This document shows, piece by piece, positions 12,749-24,922 of a DNA stretch of 41,175 nt (positions are counted from its first letter, which is position 1; every line of letters starts with the position of its first letter). The stretch spans positions 1 to 41,175 of the forward strand of contig NW_021835292.1 of NCBI RefSeq assembly GCF_006345805.1, written 5' to 3'. A program made the translations under genes and the position numbers. The notes beneath the pieces are model-generated. The model ran no database searches. It saw only the letters and a list, made by a program, of their open reading frames with translations, and was not told the DNA's origin. The DNA comes from Octopus sinensis (taxonomy: Eukaryota).

Positions 12749-12895
12749 AGGCGGCGAACTGGCAGAAACGTTAGCACGCCGGGCGAAATGCTTAACAGTA
12801 TTTCGTCTGTCTTTACGTTCTGAGTTCAAATTTCGCCGAGGTCGACTTTGCCTTTCATCCTTTCGGGGTCGATAAATTAAGTACCAGTTACACCC
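12749..12895 (+). mobile_element. SINE family A (GGCGGCGAGCTGGCAGAAACGTTAG head)
   Basis: Matches other copies in the window (28972-29063, 32415-32625, 37459-37674). Contains a B-box-like GAGTTCAAATT. Confidence 0.8.
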
Positions 12896-14100
12896 TGGTA
12901 CAGACGGATGGGGGAGGAGGAGGAGGAGGAGGAGAGGAGACGAAGAAGACGATGACGACGATGACGACAAAGAAGAAGAAGAAGAAGACTAATAATGTAT
13001 TTAAAAGACAATGATGAGCGAACGTGCGTTAGCCAAATTTTCGTCGTCAAATATCTATTTAGTAATCAGAACTAAATAATCGATAGGGTGATTATTAACC
13101 CAGCTTGGGTCCGTTGCAAGAGATATACAGGAGAAGTCGAGACCAACAATCACTTCAATGAAACGAAAACTGTCATTAGTTTTTATAGTAATGCCTCTTC
13201 TCTTACAACAGAAGCAACCGAGTGGACGAAAAAGCTATTAACATTTTGCAAGTTTTGTATATGTTAGTTTGTTTTTATTTTGCTTTTCTTTATTTTTCTT
13301 TTCTTATTTTTTTTTTGTTTTGTTTTTGTCGTCAAATGACACAACTTACAATCAATTTCCAGTACGGTTATGTAGACAATAGCCATCGATCGAATGTGCA
13401 TGAATGAACATTGCCTTATTGCATACCTATTTAGTCTACTAAAATGAATAACTCTCTGTCCTCCGGTGATCTCACCCGTCTAATAGATGTTAAAGAGCTC
13501 TCGTTTCTGAAAATTGCAGGAAGTTCAAATGTTGACCGGAAACTAACCTATATGTCATATGTACACTGACAGGAATGCATTATTTCGACAGAAATTTATA
13601 ACTTAACGCATGAATTGATGCTATTCGCAGTTTTCTTCCATTTTATTTTATTCTATTTTATTTTATCCAATAAAACTGCGAATGTGTTCTGCGTTTGTCC
13701 AGAAAGAGTCGATTACATATTACTTTTAGTGACTGACTGATTGTCGATCCTATTCAAATATATACAAAAGTCGAATTAGGAGACTTGACAATCGATTCTT
13801 GTGCCTCATTACCAAAACACAGACACGCATTGCAAACAAACGAAAACACAATCTCGAAGCAATTCTAATCAGCAATCAACAACTAAACGTCATTACAAAT
13901 GCTGAAGTCTCATTATCGCTTTCGTTATTACTGCTGCTGCTGCTGCTGCTGCTACTGCTGTTGCTGCTATTATTGTTCTTCTTACTATGTAGTCCTCAGT
14001 TAAATCTCCAATAACAGACCTATTATTAAAATTATTATACGACCACCCCGTCGTCATTTTACTCGTTCGTAGGACTACATTTTCTAATGTGTTCTGTTCT

Positions 14101-14172
14101 TTTAGAAGAGAGCAGGTTTGGGTTTGAGGGAAATGTGGTTATTATTTCTAGTTCGTCGAGGGGCCACATAGA
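14101..14172 (+). repeat. Short dispersed-repeat fragment (core TTTGAGGGAGATTTGGCTGCTATTTCTAG)
   Basis: Degenerate similarity to 26761-26840 (minus) and 39941-40010 (plus). Confidence 0.45.
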
Positions 14173-14228
14173 AAGTAATTCGATCGTTTGAACAATCTCT
14201 ACTTATCTGTTATGGCGACATTGCATAT

Positions 14229-14472
<244 letters not shown>

Positions 14473-15402
14473 ACAGAGAGATATTATTACAATGCAATAA
14501 TCATATGTTGAATAATTAAATTAATTAATAAAATTAAACTGCGCATTTTTATATAATAACGACGTAATTATCTGACTGAAAGTCCTCGTTAACTGTCCCT
14601 TTCAATCAATTGAAAAGATCTTTGGCTGACAACGAATACGGTTTCCTTTCTACAGAATTGTACTTTCTATTCTTTTTTTTTTTTTTTTTTTTTTAGAAAT
14701 GATCACGAAAGACTTAGACTTTTTCAGTGCATTTGAGGAATTTTTTCAGTTCAAAGAAATTGACTTTCTTTAGTTCAAAGAATGAGTTAAAATATTTCTC
14801 ACAAGTACAGGATGCGACTGAAAAAAACAACCTTCCATTTCTTTTTTTTTTATGGTCATTGATGTAGTGCTAGTGAAGTTAGACGGGTGGTAATGGCGTC
14901 TTCATTTAATTAATGCTTTATCGTATTTTAAGTTACCATCATGATTTGCGGGGTGGGGTAGGAAGTGCGTTTATGGTTGAAATGTTTATCAAAGATGGCG
15001 AATTGCCCAGAGGTTCATACTATTGTAAAGAAAATTACCAATAACCAAGGCGATTTTAAGGGTTTTCAAGTATTTCTAAATCCAAGTTTCAAGGAAGACC
15101 CTTGAACGATTTTTGTTTTGTTTGTTTTGTTTTTGTTTTTGTTTTTTGTAAAGGAATATTTTTGTGTCATTTAAAGCTGTTCGCAAAAACCCATTTTATC
15201 GATTAAAAGTTAGTCTTTACATCCATACACACCATGTTCCAGCTTACAGTATTTTACTTTGTTGGGGAATAACTTTTATCCATCAGATTGGTATATGTGT
15301 ATTCAATAATGATGGATGTTAGTATTTTATGCATGGTTGAAATACATGTTTATTGGTCGATAGTTTTGGGTGTTGTTTACTATTATTATTATTATTATTA
15401 TT

Positions 15403-15957
15403 GAGTGAGAGAGTGGTGCATGCCATCAAAGTGACACTGGGGTAAAATATTCGAAGCCCAGTATACCCATCATGACTACCCATCTAATAAGGATACACTA
15501 GGCACATGCATCACAGCCATATGTGCGCGTTATAGTGATCTCATATCAAGACAAACAGCACATGACCTTGCAGGTGATGCCCAGTGAGAATTTCTTCTGG
15601 TCGAGTAAGCCATCCCGCTCAGGATGTCCCTGAATAAGGGTTGTTTAATGATGTTGAACGAAATGTCCATGTTTCCAGAGGTGAATTATTCAAACCCCAA
15701 AGAATCTCTCTCAACATATGGCTATGATTCTCCCCCCACTACTTCTGCTCGTGTTCAGAGATGCACATATCGTCAGCCACTAAGGGACATACTCAACTGG
15801 TTCGAGTCAAGCAACTGACAAGCAAATCTGTGGTATAGAGCACAATATTTGTTGTAACCCATCTTTTATAACAAGACAAAACAATGTACATGATAAAACT
15901 TCCAATCAGTTAAGATTAGAAACCAGGAGAGCCACTGCCTGGTACTGCATCAGGACA

Positions 15958-15958
<1 letters not shown>
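15403..15958 (-). mobile_element. ~555-bp non-autonomous element, unit 1, flanked by (TAA)n
   Basis: Collinear with 16004-16555 and has the same two ends. On the minus strand it ends CTCTCACTC followed by (AAT)n. Orientation is inferred from the tail. Confidence 0.75.
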
Positions 15959-16003
<45 letters not shown>

Positions 16004-16555
16004 GAGTGAGAGAGCAGTTCATGCCATCAAAGTGACACTGGGGTAAAATATACGAAGCCCAATATACCCATCATGACTACCCGTCTGATAAAGGTAACAG
16101 GCACATGCATCACAACCATATGTGCGTGACATGGTGATCTCATATCAAGATAAACAGCACATGACCTTGCAGGTGGGGCCCAGTTAGAATTTTCTTCAGG
16201 TTGAGTAGCCCATCCCGCTCAAAAGGTCCCTGAATAAAGATTGTTAAGGATGTTGAAAGAACCACCCATGTTTCCAGAGGTGAATTATTCAAACCCCAAA
16301 GAATCCCTCTCAACACATGGCTATGATGCTCCCCCACTACTTCTGCTCGTGATCAGAGATGCACATATCGTTCAGCCACTAAGGGACATGCTGAATGGTT
16401 ACGGTCAAACAACTGACAAGCAAATCTGTGGTATTGAGCAGAATATTTGCTGTAAACCCATCTTTTATACCAAGACAAAACAATGTACATGATAACACTT
16501 CCATCAGTTAAGATCAGAAGCCATGAGAGCCACTGCCTGTACTGCATCAGGGCAT
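16004..16555 (-). mobile_element. ~555-bp non-autonomous element, unit 2, flanked by (TAA)n
   Basis: Diverged direct repeat of 15403-15958, separated from it only by (TAT)n. Confidence 0.75.
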
Positions 16556-16557
16556 TA

Positions 16558-16637
<80 letters not shown>

Positions 16638-16776
16638 CTGTTGTTGTTGTCGTCGTCGTTGTTGCTGTTGTTGTTCTTGTTCTTGTTCTTGTTCTTCTTC
16701 GTGTTGCTGTTTTTCATTTTGTTGTTTTATTATTATTATATTATTATTATTATTATTATATTATTATTATTATTAT

Positions 16777-17322
16777 TTCTTCACATTTTGTTCCGTTTCT
16801 TGCCGAGTGTTTTTCGTACACCTAGGGCAGAGAAGCTCATTATATGCATTCTCAGATTACACACGCAAATTCACAGATAAAATATGTACCTAAAAAATTA
16901 ATAAATAAATAAATTCATGAAGGGATGTTGTTTCACAGCGATAATGCTCTTCTCAGTACATGGGTCGTTCCAGTTAACACGACTTTTTGCACTTCTTGTA
17001 GGGATGGTAAGCCTGGTATCATTTTCAAATAGGTTTCAGTACCTTTTTTTATCATTCTTAGAGATCCTGCAATCACTGGTACTGTAGTCGCCTTGAAATG
17101 CCACATTTTTTTCAATTTCTATTAGCAAGTCTTTATATTTACTGATCTTGTCAAATTCTTTCGCCTCTATATTGTGAGCGCAAGGAATACTCATGTCAAA
17201 AAATAAACACATCCTTTTTGTCTGATCTTTTATAATAATATCCGGTTTATTACCTTTTATAGTTTTGTCGGTATGTACGGGGAAGTCCCATAGAATCGAC
17301 ACATTTTCTTCCTCAGTCACAG
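16777..17322 (-). mobile_element. 5'-truncated R4/Dong-like non-LTR element (RLE endonuclease C-terminus plus 3'UTR)
   Basis: ILWDFPVHTDKTIKGNKPDIIIKD...FDMSIP...KEFDKISKYKDLLIEIEK/MWHFKATTVPVIAGSL...IPGLPSLQEVQKVVLTGTTHVLRRAL*, with one frameshift in a homopolymer. The 3'UTR ends in (AAT)n. Confidence 0.85.
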
Positions 17323-17412
17323 CTTAAGGATGGTGTTTATACCATTTGTCAGCCATTTTGATTTTATAATACCTTATTATTAATATTATTATTATTTTAT
17401 AATGCCTTATTA

Positions 17413-17457
<45 letters not shown>

Positions 17458-17461
17458 CATT

Positions 17462-17510
<49 letters not shown>

Positions 17511-17546
17511 ACATCATTATATATGCTTAGTAGCATTTCTTCCGTT

Positions 17547-17810
17547 ACAAATGCACACGTACAATATGGCAGGCCTCATTAAAGTTCAGCCACACGACCT
17601 GCAGCGCTTAAGACCGAAAGTGTGTTACCTTATGTGAACAACAGTGAACTGTTGGGATTATATTACAAGATAACATCAAACGGGATAGTAGGTGTTCATG
17701 CATGATTAAGGTGTGCGTAGACTTGAATGGATTATATGTGGCGTTCAATCTTTTGTCAATCAAATCGGATGCTGACTTAGTCTTTGTATCCGAGCTCAAC
17801 CGGATATATG
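17547..17810. repeat. ~265-bp dispersed direct repeat, copy 1
   Basis: Collinear with 21959-22225, with scattered substitutions and one 3-nt indel. Confidence 0.9.
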
Positions 17811-17969
17811 GATGTATACGGACTTTTATATGAACCTACGCTCGAGCGCACACACATACAGACACACACATGTTCACACGTAAATATTCGAACATGCATA
17901 TATGTGCGTCAGCATATAGATACATATATATGTATATAAACTGACAGTCAGTCACACAGACACACAGAC

Positions 17970-17970
<1 letters not shown>

Positions 17971-18057
<87 letters not shown>

Positions 18058-18072
18058 GGATAGATAGATAGG

Positions 18073-18153
<81 letters not shown>

Positions 18154-18158
18154 GGATG

Positions 18159-18245
<87 letters not shown>
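17971..18245. repeat. (GATA)n array abutting the 3' end of LINE copy 2
   Basis: Direct inspection. Confidence 0.97.
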
Positions 18246-18247
<2 letters not shown>

Positions 18248-18840
18248 GTTTCTTTATTGGCCACACAGGGCTGCACACAGATGGGACAAGTTACAAGGTA
18301 GAGCTTTTCTTTTGGGGGATGAAGAGAACAAAAACAAAAGAAAAAAAAAGGGGTGGCGTAGGTTTTCGATCAAGAGGGATCGTAAAAGGGAAGAAAAGAA
18401 CAAAAAAAAAAGGAAAAGGAAAAGGAACAAAAGGAAAGAGAAATGAAAAAAGAAGAAAAAAGGGGGCAAAAAAGGGGAAGAGGAAAAAAAGAACGATCAA
18501 TAGGGATCGTGTATCACAGTGTTATGATATATGGTGTAAAGGGGAAAGCAAGTAAGGTTTATCCGTGGGAAGAAAAGCCTACGAAAAAGTCCACGGTAAC
18601 CTTGGTCAATATTGTTATATGTTACCACATTTGTTTGCAAGTGGGTAACCCTCTGTTTTCAATTTCTGGGTTCATAGGATTATGCTCAAGGTGGCTTCGT
18701 CACTCATACGTGCCATCCTTGCTACATTCACCCATCTTTTTTAAAACATTCCCTAGACAAAACTTGCCTCTCTACTCTCACTTTCCTTTTCAAGTGGTAC
18801 TTGAAGAAGTTGATGAAAGATTGACCAGAGAGGAAAGTGT
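18248..18840 (-). mobile_element. 5'-truncated Tx1-like LINE, copy 2 (more diverged)
   Basis: 3'UTR and ORF2 end align to ~4924-5435. Sense 3' end is GGCCAATAAAGAAAC followed by (TATC)n. The 5' break lies directly in (GATA)n. Confidence 0.9.
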
Positions 18841-18883
18841 TAGATAGATAGATAGATAGATAGACAGATAGACAGATAGATAT

Positions 18884-19664
18884 GTTTCTTTATTAGCCAC
18901 ACAGGGCTGCACACAGATAGAACAAATTACAAGGTAGAGCTTTTCTTTTGAAGGTATTAAAAAAAAAAAAAAAAAAAAAAGGAAGGGGGAGGTTCGATCA
19001 AAAGGGATCGTAAAAGGAGAGAAAGAGGACAAAAATAAGGGGGGTTAAAAAAAAAAAAAAAAGGGGGGGGAGAGGAAAAAAAATGATCAATAGGGATCGT
19101 TATCACAGAAATGTCAATATGAAGTGTAAAGGGGAGGACAGGTGAGGTTTACCCGTGGAAAGAAAAGCCTGCGGAAAAGACCACGGTAACCTCGGTCAAT
19201 GAAGTCACATTTTATATTTCTTTTTTTTTTTTTTTTTTTTTGCAAATAAGCAACTCTCTGTTTTCGATTTCTGGGTTCATAGGACTATGCTCAAGGTGGC
19301 TTCGTCATTCATACGTGCCATTCTTGCTACATTCACCCATCTTTTTTTAAAACATTCGCTAGACAAAACTTGCCTCTCTACTCTCACTTTCCTTTTCAAG
19401 TGGTACTTGAAGAAGTTGATGAGAGATTGACCAGAGAGGAAAGTGTTTGTCTCCAATCCTTTCAGACGCGTCCACCAGATACATTCTTTCGCCATAGCCC
19501 CAAGGATGATGAAAATAGCTCTTCCTTCCCGTTTGAAGGAAGGAGGCGTGACAATATTGACGATAGACTCAGCTGATAAACCGACTCGTCCCACACGTGA
19601 CAGCAGTTGTTCGACATAAGCCCACAGGTCGGAAATTGTTGGACACTGAACGAGTGCGTGCAGA
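18884..19664 (-). mobile_element. 5'-truncated Tx1-like LINE, copy 3
   Basis: Aligns to ~4924-5651. The ORF2 C-terminus is intact in one frame (VQCPTISDLWAYVEQLLSRVG...ARMNDEATLSIVL*). The 3' end is in (GATA/GACA)n. Confidence 0.92.
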
Positions 19665-19715
19665 ACAGAAAGAAAGATAGGTAAGTAGACACACATGAAT
19701 ATATGTTTGTGAATA

Positions 19716-19781
<66 letters not shown>

Positions 19782-19899
19782 GTACATGCATACGTATATG
19801 TGCGCATATGTCTATGAATACGTAAGTTTGTATATACGTATGCATGTATTATGTTACAGATAATGTACACACGTCTTCGCTATTATTGGCCCCTGGCCA

Positions 19900-20095
19900 T
19901 GTCTAACTTAGTGGCCCTATCTGAGGGTTAGTATTTTGAGTAATGTTTTGGAATATAAGAGTCCCCTCGAATAGAAGGCAGTTATTTGTCGAAATGTATC
20001 CTGGCGTCGGCGATTAGTTGGTTTTAATTTCTTGGAGGAATTTGTTCAGGTTCTCTTTGAGAGCATTTTTTTTGTCGGCTTTGATTTATCTCAGG
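19900..20095 (-). mobile_element. Degenerate CR1/L2-like LINE 3'-end fragment
   Basis: Minus-strand translation ALKENLNKFLQEIKTN*SPTPGYISTNN resembles the LDKFL..IPD.P..PGY C-terminal motif of CR1-group RTs. The match is short and contains a stop. Confidence 0.5.
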
Positions 20096-20684
20096 TTTTA
20101 CTTTAGTCGCTTTTTCGTCTCAGAACTACTCTTTCCCTCATACCAGCTGGAATATCTACAATCCATTCGATCAGACAACATGCCCTCCTCTGTTGGGAGA
20201 GGCAATTCCATGTTGGCATGAAATTAAGAAGTTCAACTTAAGATCGTTTCTCACTTACTCTGAAATTTGATTAAAACTGCCGAAACGTCAGCACTATATC
20301 GTTCGTTCTTTTATTGCTTTATTACGAACCCGAATCATTTCTGTCTTTTATTACCTGTCTTTTATTACCCGAATCATTTCTATCTTTTATTACCGTTTTT
20401 TTATTACCTTTTATTATTCTTTGCCATGTGAAGAGCTTTTCTTGCACGGATATTCGTGGATGCATTTTAATGTACACCGTAAAACTTAGGATTTCGCTGA
20501 ACTTGGTTATTCTCAGCGGTTAATGTCCACGTCTCCAAGGCGCGATGCCATTGAGGAAAATAAGGGTATTCATGCTGTCTATGTTTGTATGGAGCATTGG
20601 CTGATACCGTAATGCATAGTCGTTATGTATGTGAGAGTGTGTGTGTGTGTGTTTATGTGTATATGCGTATGTACATATACATAT

Positions 20685-20833
20685 TCTCTTTATTCTTTTA
20701 TTTGTTTCAATTATTTGACTAATCGACCCCAGGACTTATTCTTTGTAAGTCTAGTACTTATTCTATTGGTCTGTTTTCCCGAACTACTACATTACGGAGA
20801 CGTAAACATACCAACATCGGTTGACAAGCGATG

Positions 20834-20885
<52 letters not shown>

Positions 20886-21029
20886 GATGGGCTTCTTTCA
20901 GTTTCCGTCAACCAAGTCCACTCGAGGCGATAGTAGAAGGCACTTGCCCAAGATGCCACGCAGTGGGACTGAACCTGGAACCATGTGGTTGGGAAGCAAG
21001 TTTCTTACCACACAGCCACGCCTTTGCCT
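20685..21029 (-). mobile_element. Composite SINE (tRNA head, internal (TA)n, tail)
   Basis: Reverse complement of the element at 21225-21648, with an internal deletion in the tail. Confidence 0.85.
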
Positions 21030-21224
21030 ATGTATATATATATGTGTGTGCATATATGTATGTATACGTATACAATAATCCCTTGCCAAAAAGTGATTCA
21101 CCTATCGTAGTTCACCTATCGCGGTTTATTATTTAAGCTTATGTCGATTCCTCCATGGTGTTGTTTCGTATTTATGTTAAAATAAATATATACAAATTAT
21201 AAAAATAATTTTTGAAAATTATGC

Positions 21225-21401
21225 AGGCGCAGGAGTGGCTGTGTAGTAAGTAGCTTGCTAACCAACCACATGGTTCCGGGTTCAGGCCCACTGCGTGGCA
21301 TCTTGGGCAAGTGTCTTCTGCTATATCTACTCTTGTGAGTGGATTTGGTAGACGGAAACTGAAAGAAGCCCGTCGTATATATGTATATATATGTATATGT
21401 A

Positions 21402-21433
<32 letters not shown>

Positions 21434-21648
21434 TGTGTTTGTGTATCTGTGTTTGTCCCTAGCATTGCTTGACAACCGATGCTGGTGTGTTTACGTCCCC
21501 GTCACTTAGCGGTTCGGCAAAAGAGACCGATAGAATAAGTACTGGGCTTACAAAGAATAAGTCCCGGGGTCGATTTGCTCGACTAAAGGCGGTGCTCCAG
21601 CATGGCCGCAGTCAAATGACTGAAACAAGTAAAAAAGAGTAAAAGAGT
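21225..21648 (+). mobile_element. Composite SINE (tRNA head, internal (TA)/(TG)n, tail)
   Basis: A box TGGCTGTGTAG, B box GGTTCAGGCCC, then CTTGGGCAAGTGTC. A microsatellite at ~21376-21445 precedes a tail ending TGACTGAAACAAGTAAAAAAGAGTAAAAGAG. Confidence 0.88.
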
Positions 21649-21921
21649 ACAGTACTGTTTCTTCTTCGCGGATTTTCACCTATCACTGGAGGTTTTGAAC
21701 GTAACACTCGCGACAGTCGAGGAATATTGGTATATCTGCATATACAAGGATGAGTCAGAAAGTAATCCTAATAAAAATTGCATTACATCCTGATATGTAT
21801 ATATAGATATATATACATGTCATATACATGTATGCATATATATGTGTATATGTATGGGGGGTTATATATATATATGTATGTACCTAAATACCTACATATG
21901 TTTGCGTGTATGTATGTATGT

Positions 21922-21955
<34 letters not shown>

Positions 21956-21958
21956 GTC

Positions 21959-22225
21959 ACAAATGCACATATACAATATGGCGGTTCTCATCAAAGTTCG
22001 GCCACACGATCTGCAGCGCTTAAGACTGAAAATGTGTTACTTTATGTGAACAACAGTGAACTGTTGAGATTATATTACAAGATAACATCAAACGGAATAG
22101 AAGGCGTTCATGCATGGTTAAGGTGTATGTAGACTTGAATGGATTATATGTGGCGTTCAATCTTTTGTCATTCAAATCGGATGTTGACTTAGTCTTCTTT
22201 GTATCCAAGCGCAAGCTGGTATATG
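21959..22225. repeat. ~265-bp dispersed direct repeat, copy 2
   Basis: Collinear with 17547-17810. Confidence 0.9.
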
Positions 22226-22439
22226 AATGTGTGTGTACTTTCGTATATACCTACACTCCCATACACACACACACACAAACAAATAAACAAACATTCATAC
22301 ATGCATACATGTGTATGTGTGGTTGCGTGTATATATATATACATACATACATATATTATATATATATAGATATAGATATATATATGTATATTTGTATGTA
22401 TGTACGTGTGTGTGTGCAGATAGATAGAGGGGGAGGCAG

Positions 22440-22440
22440 G

Positions 22441-22539
<99 letters not shown>
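22440..22539. repeat. (GATA)n array without LINE insertion
   Basis: Direct inspection. Confidence 0.95.
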
Positions 22540-22593
22540 GTGTGTATGTAGGTATGTATGTATGTAAGAATGTATGCATGTATGTATGTATGT

Positions 22594-23112
22594 ACACAAT
22601 TGTTGAAATTGGCTGCCCATCGGATGTTAATATAAAGCTGAAAATCAGTGAAAAACACAATACCTATGTTGAACTATTGAGAGATCTGCAGTTACTCTAT
22701 CCAGATTACAAGTTCAGGCTTATACCTGTAATTATTGAGGCCCTGGGATATATAACACCCTTCCTAAAATACCAATCTTGAGAAAATAGGCTTCTCAAAG
22801 CCAGAAAGGTGAAAGCTAATTGGATGACTACAGATCCAATCCATCACTGGAACTGTAAAAATCTGTAAAACTTACCAGAAATGTATCATTTAAATATATA
22901 TGAGTATGTCTAGATATGTAACTATATGCATGAGAATACATACAAGAAACATACAAATCTGTACAAACATACGTACATACATACAAACAAACAAAAGTAC
23001 AAACAAAAATACCTTCTTTTTGATGTTGAAATTCCAATGAAAGATCCTGTATTTAGATTAGAAATCGACTCTTTCTCTATTGACAAGAAATCTTGAAATA
23101 AAACTGAATAAT
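22594..23112 (+). mobile_element. 5'-truncated RLE-type (R4-like) non-LTR element 3' end, second family
   Basis: TIVEIGCPSDVNIKLKISEKHNTYVELLRDLQLLYPDYKFRLIPVIIEALGYI...LEKIGF...SITGTVKICK is an RLE C-terminal pattern, degraded by stops and a frameshift. An AATAAA lies near 23097. Confidence 0.7.
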
Positions 23113-23793
23113 GACATACATAAACATACACAAATGCATATATTTCTATACTGTATACTTATATACATGAATATCTTATTGTTCAATATATTGGAGCGAA
23201 ACAATATTGTTTTGTTTAGAGCAATCACCAATCGTTATGTTTTTATAGAATTATGGCATATGAATTCGGAGCAATCCTCATTTGAACTATATTTGCTCTT
23301 CTTTGGTTATATGAGCGAAACCCATACATATTTATTTAATCTAAAAACTGTAAGTTGTTGCCTCAGGTTTAACTGTTATCAATTGATCAGTAGCAAATGC
23401 GAAATCATATAATTGGTTATTCGTTAGAATTCTGTCATAATAAATTGATCAATTTCCCACCTACCAGTTTCATAAATTTCCCTAACGTATATAAGGTTTT
23501 ACAGTTAATTAATTAAAAATCTATACATTAATTGAAATACTAATTTTGTAAATATCATTCGAAAACAGATGAAATTTTACCTTAATAAAACTCTACATTA
23601 TTTATGATTTTATAATTAATTAAAATTCCAATTTCATTCGAAATTAAGATCGTTAGAGATCATTTTAAAGCGTTAACCTAAAAATCAGTGGACCTACGAG
23701 TATATTAGAGAAAAACATTCATTGTCTTTGACTTGGAGGATCGTACACTTCCAGAAATTGAAGAACAACGTTCTAAACGGGTTTTCACTTCAT

Positions 23794-23836
<43 letters not shown>

Positions 23837-24699
23837 TGCCTATTACGATTAAAATATTTAATAGTATACAAATATATATGTTATACCTTATATTAGTTTC
23901 TTTTTTTTTGTTCTTTTTGTTTTCATTTATTGACGCTCACGATTGTAAACAAATATAATTGTGTCTTTTCTTGGATCTAGGAATCCTCACGTATAAAAAA
24001 TTGCACTAGGGAGTTTCTTACCCACAAACATGGATTTTTATTATTTTTATTATGGGTGAGAATCGAAACAATTGTATGTAAATTGTAATAATATAATATA
24101 ATATAATATAGTATTATGTTAATAAATTTTAAATTTCAAATTTTGGCAAAAGCTTGACGATACCTGCTCAGAGGCTTACGCATTGTTTTCAAAGCTGATA
24201 TATATATATATATATTTACAACAAGAAATATTTGTCTCCTTTTACAAAAACAAAAGGGTTTATAGGACTGCAAAAGAAATGATCAAATATAAATTACACG
24301 AAGATAAAGTAGCATTGGACATATATTTTATTTTATCTTTATTTATTTTATATTTGTCTATTAGTTTTTTTTTTTTTTTTTTTTTTGGTAGTTTATGAAT
24401 TTTTAGTCGTGTATATTTAACTTTTTGATAGGTCGTTCTATTTGTATTTTATTCGATTATATACTTTTACCGTCTGCAATTTTACGTATATGTATTATTT
24501 TTTATGTGCTTGAAAACCATGGGGATGTTTATATATGATTAAATGTTGAGGGTGGTATTGTATGTAAAGGTGTTGACCCAAATTTAATGTTTGTTCTATA
24601 ACCCCTACATATTCTTTATTTTCTCTGCCTGTTTCTTTCTGTGTTCCTTTCTGTGGAAAAGAGTAGGCTCGAAAAGCTGTTGGAGTTTTTACGTCCACC

Positions 24700-24878
24700 A
24701 ACCGGTGTTGGAGTTTTTACGTCTACGTAACTTAGCGGTTTGGCACAAGTGACCGAAAGAATAGATACCAGACTTGAAAAACTTTGTAGGTACAGGGATT
24801 CATTCGTTCAACTAAAATTCTTCAAAATGGTACCACTTCATGTCCGTAGTTCAATGATTAACACATGATAAAGGATAT
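24700..24878 (+). mobile_element. Degenerate tail segment of the composite SINE
   Basis: CGTAACTTAGCGGTTTGGCACAAGTGACCGAAAGAATA resembles 21500-21540. Confidence 0.6.
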
Positions 24879-24883
24879 GTGCG

Positions 24884-24922
<39 letters not shown>

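Noticed and set aside
14680-14790. Poly-T followed by AG and a short open frame (MITKDLDFFSAFEEFFQFKEIDFL*)
   Set aside because: Only ~25 codons, an internal duplication, no donor site and no recognisable homology.
15905-15958. Possible HDV-like ribozyme at the 5' end of the 555-bp units (hairpin CUUCUGAUC/GAUUGGAAG)
   Set aside because: I could not assemble P1/P2/P3/P1.1 or a J4/2 catalytic C. Only one hairpin is supported.
15380-16600. CRISPR-like repeat/spacer pattern
   Set aside because: These are ~555-bp units separated by microsatellite in eukaryotic DNA, with no short direct repeats separated by unique spacers and no cas genes.
17608-17799. 63/64-aa minus-strand ORF kept open in both copies of the 265-bp repeat, with a 3-nt indel
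   Set aside because: Non-ATG starts, and by my manual count roughly 8 nonsynonymous to 4 synonymous differences, which is compatible with neutrality.
21741-21765. Mariner-like terminal sequence TATACAAGGATGAGTCAGAAAGTAA
   Set aside because: No partner inverted repeat or transposase remnant found.
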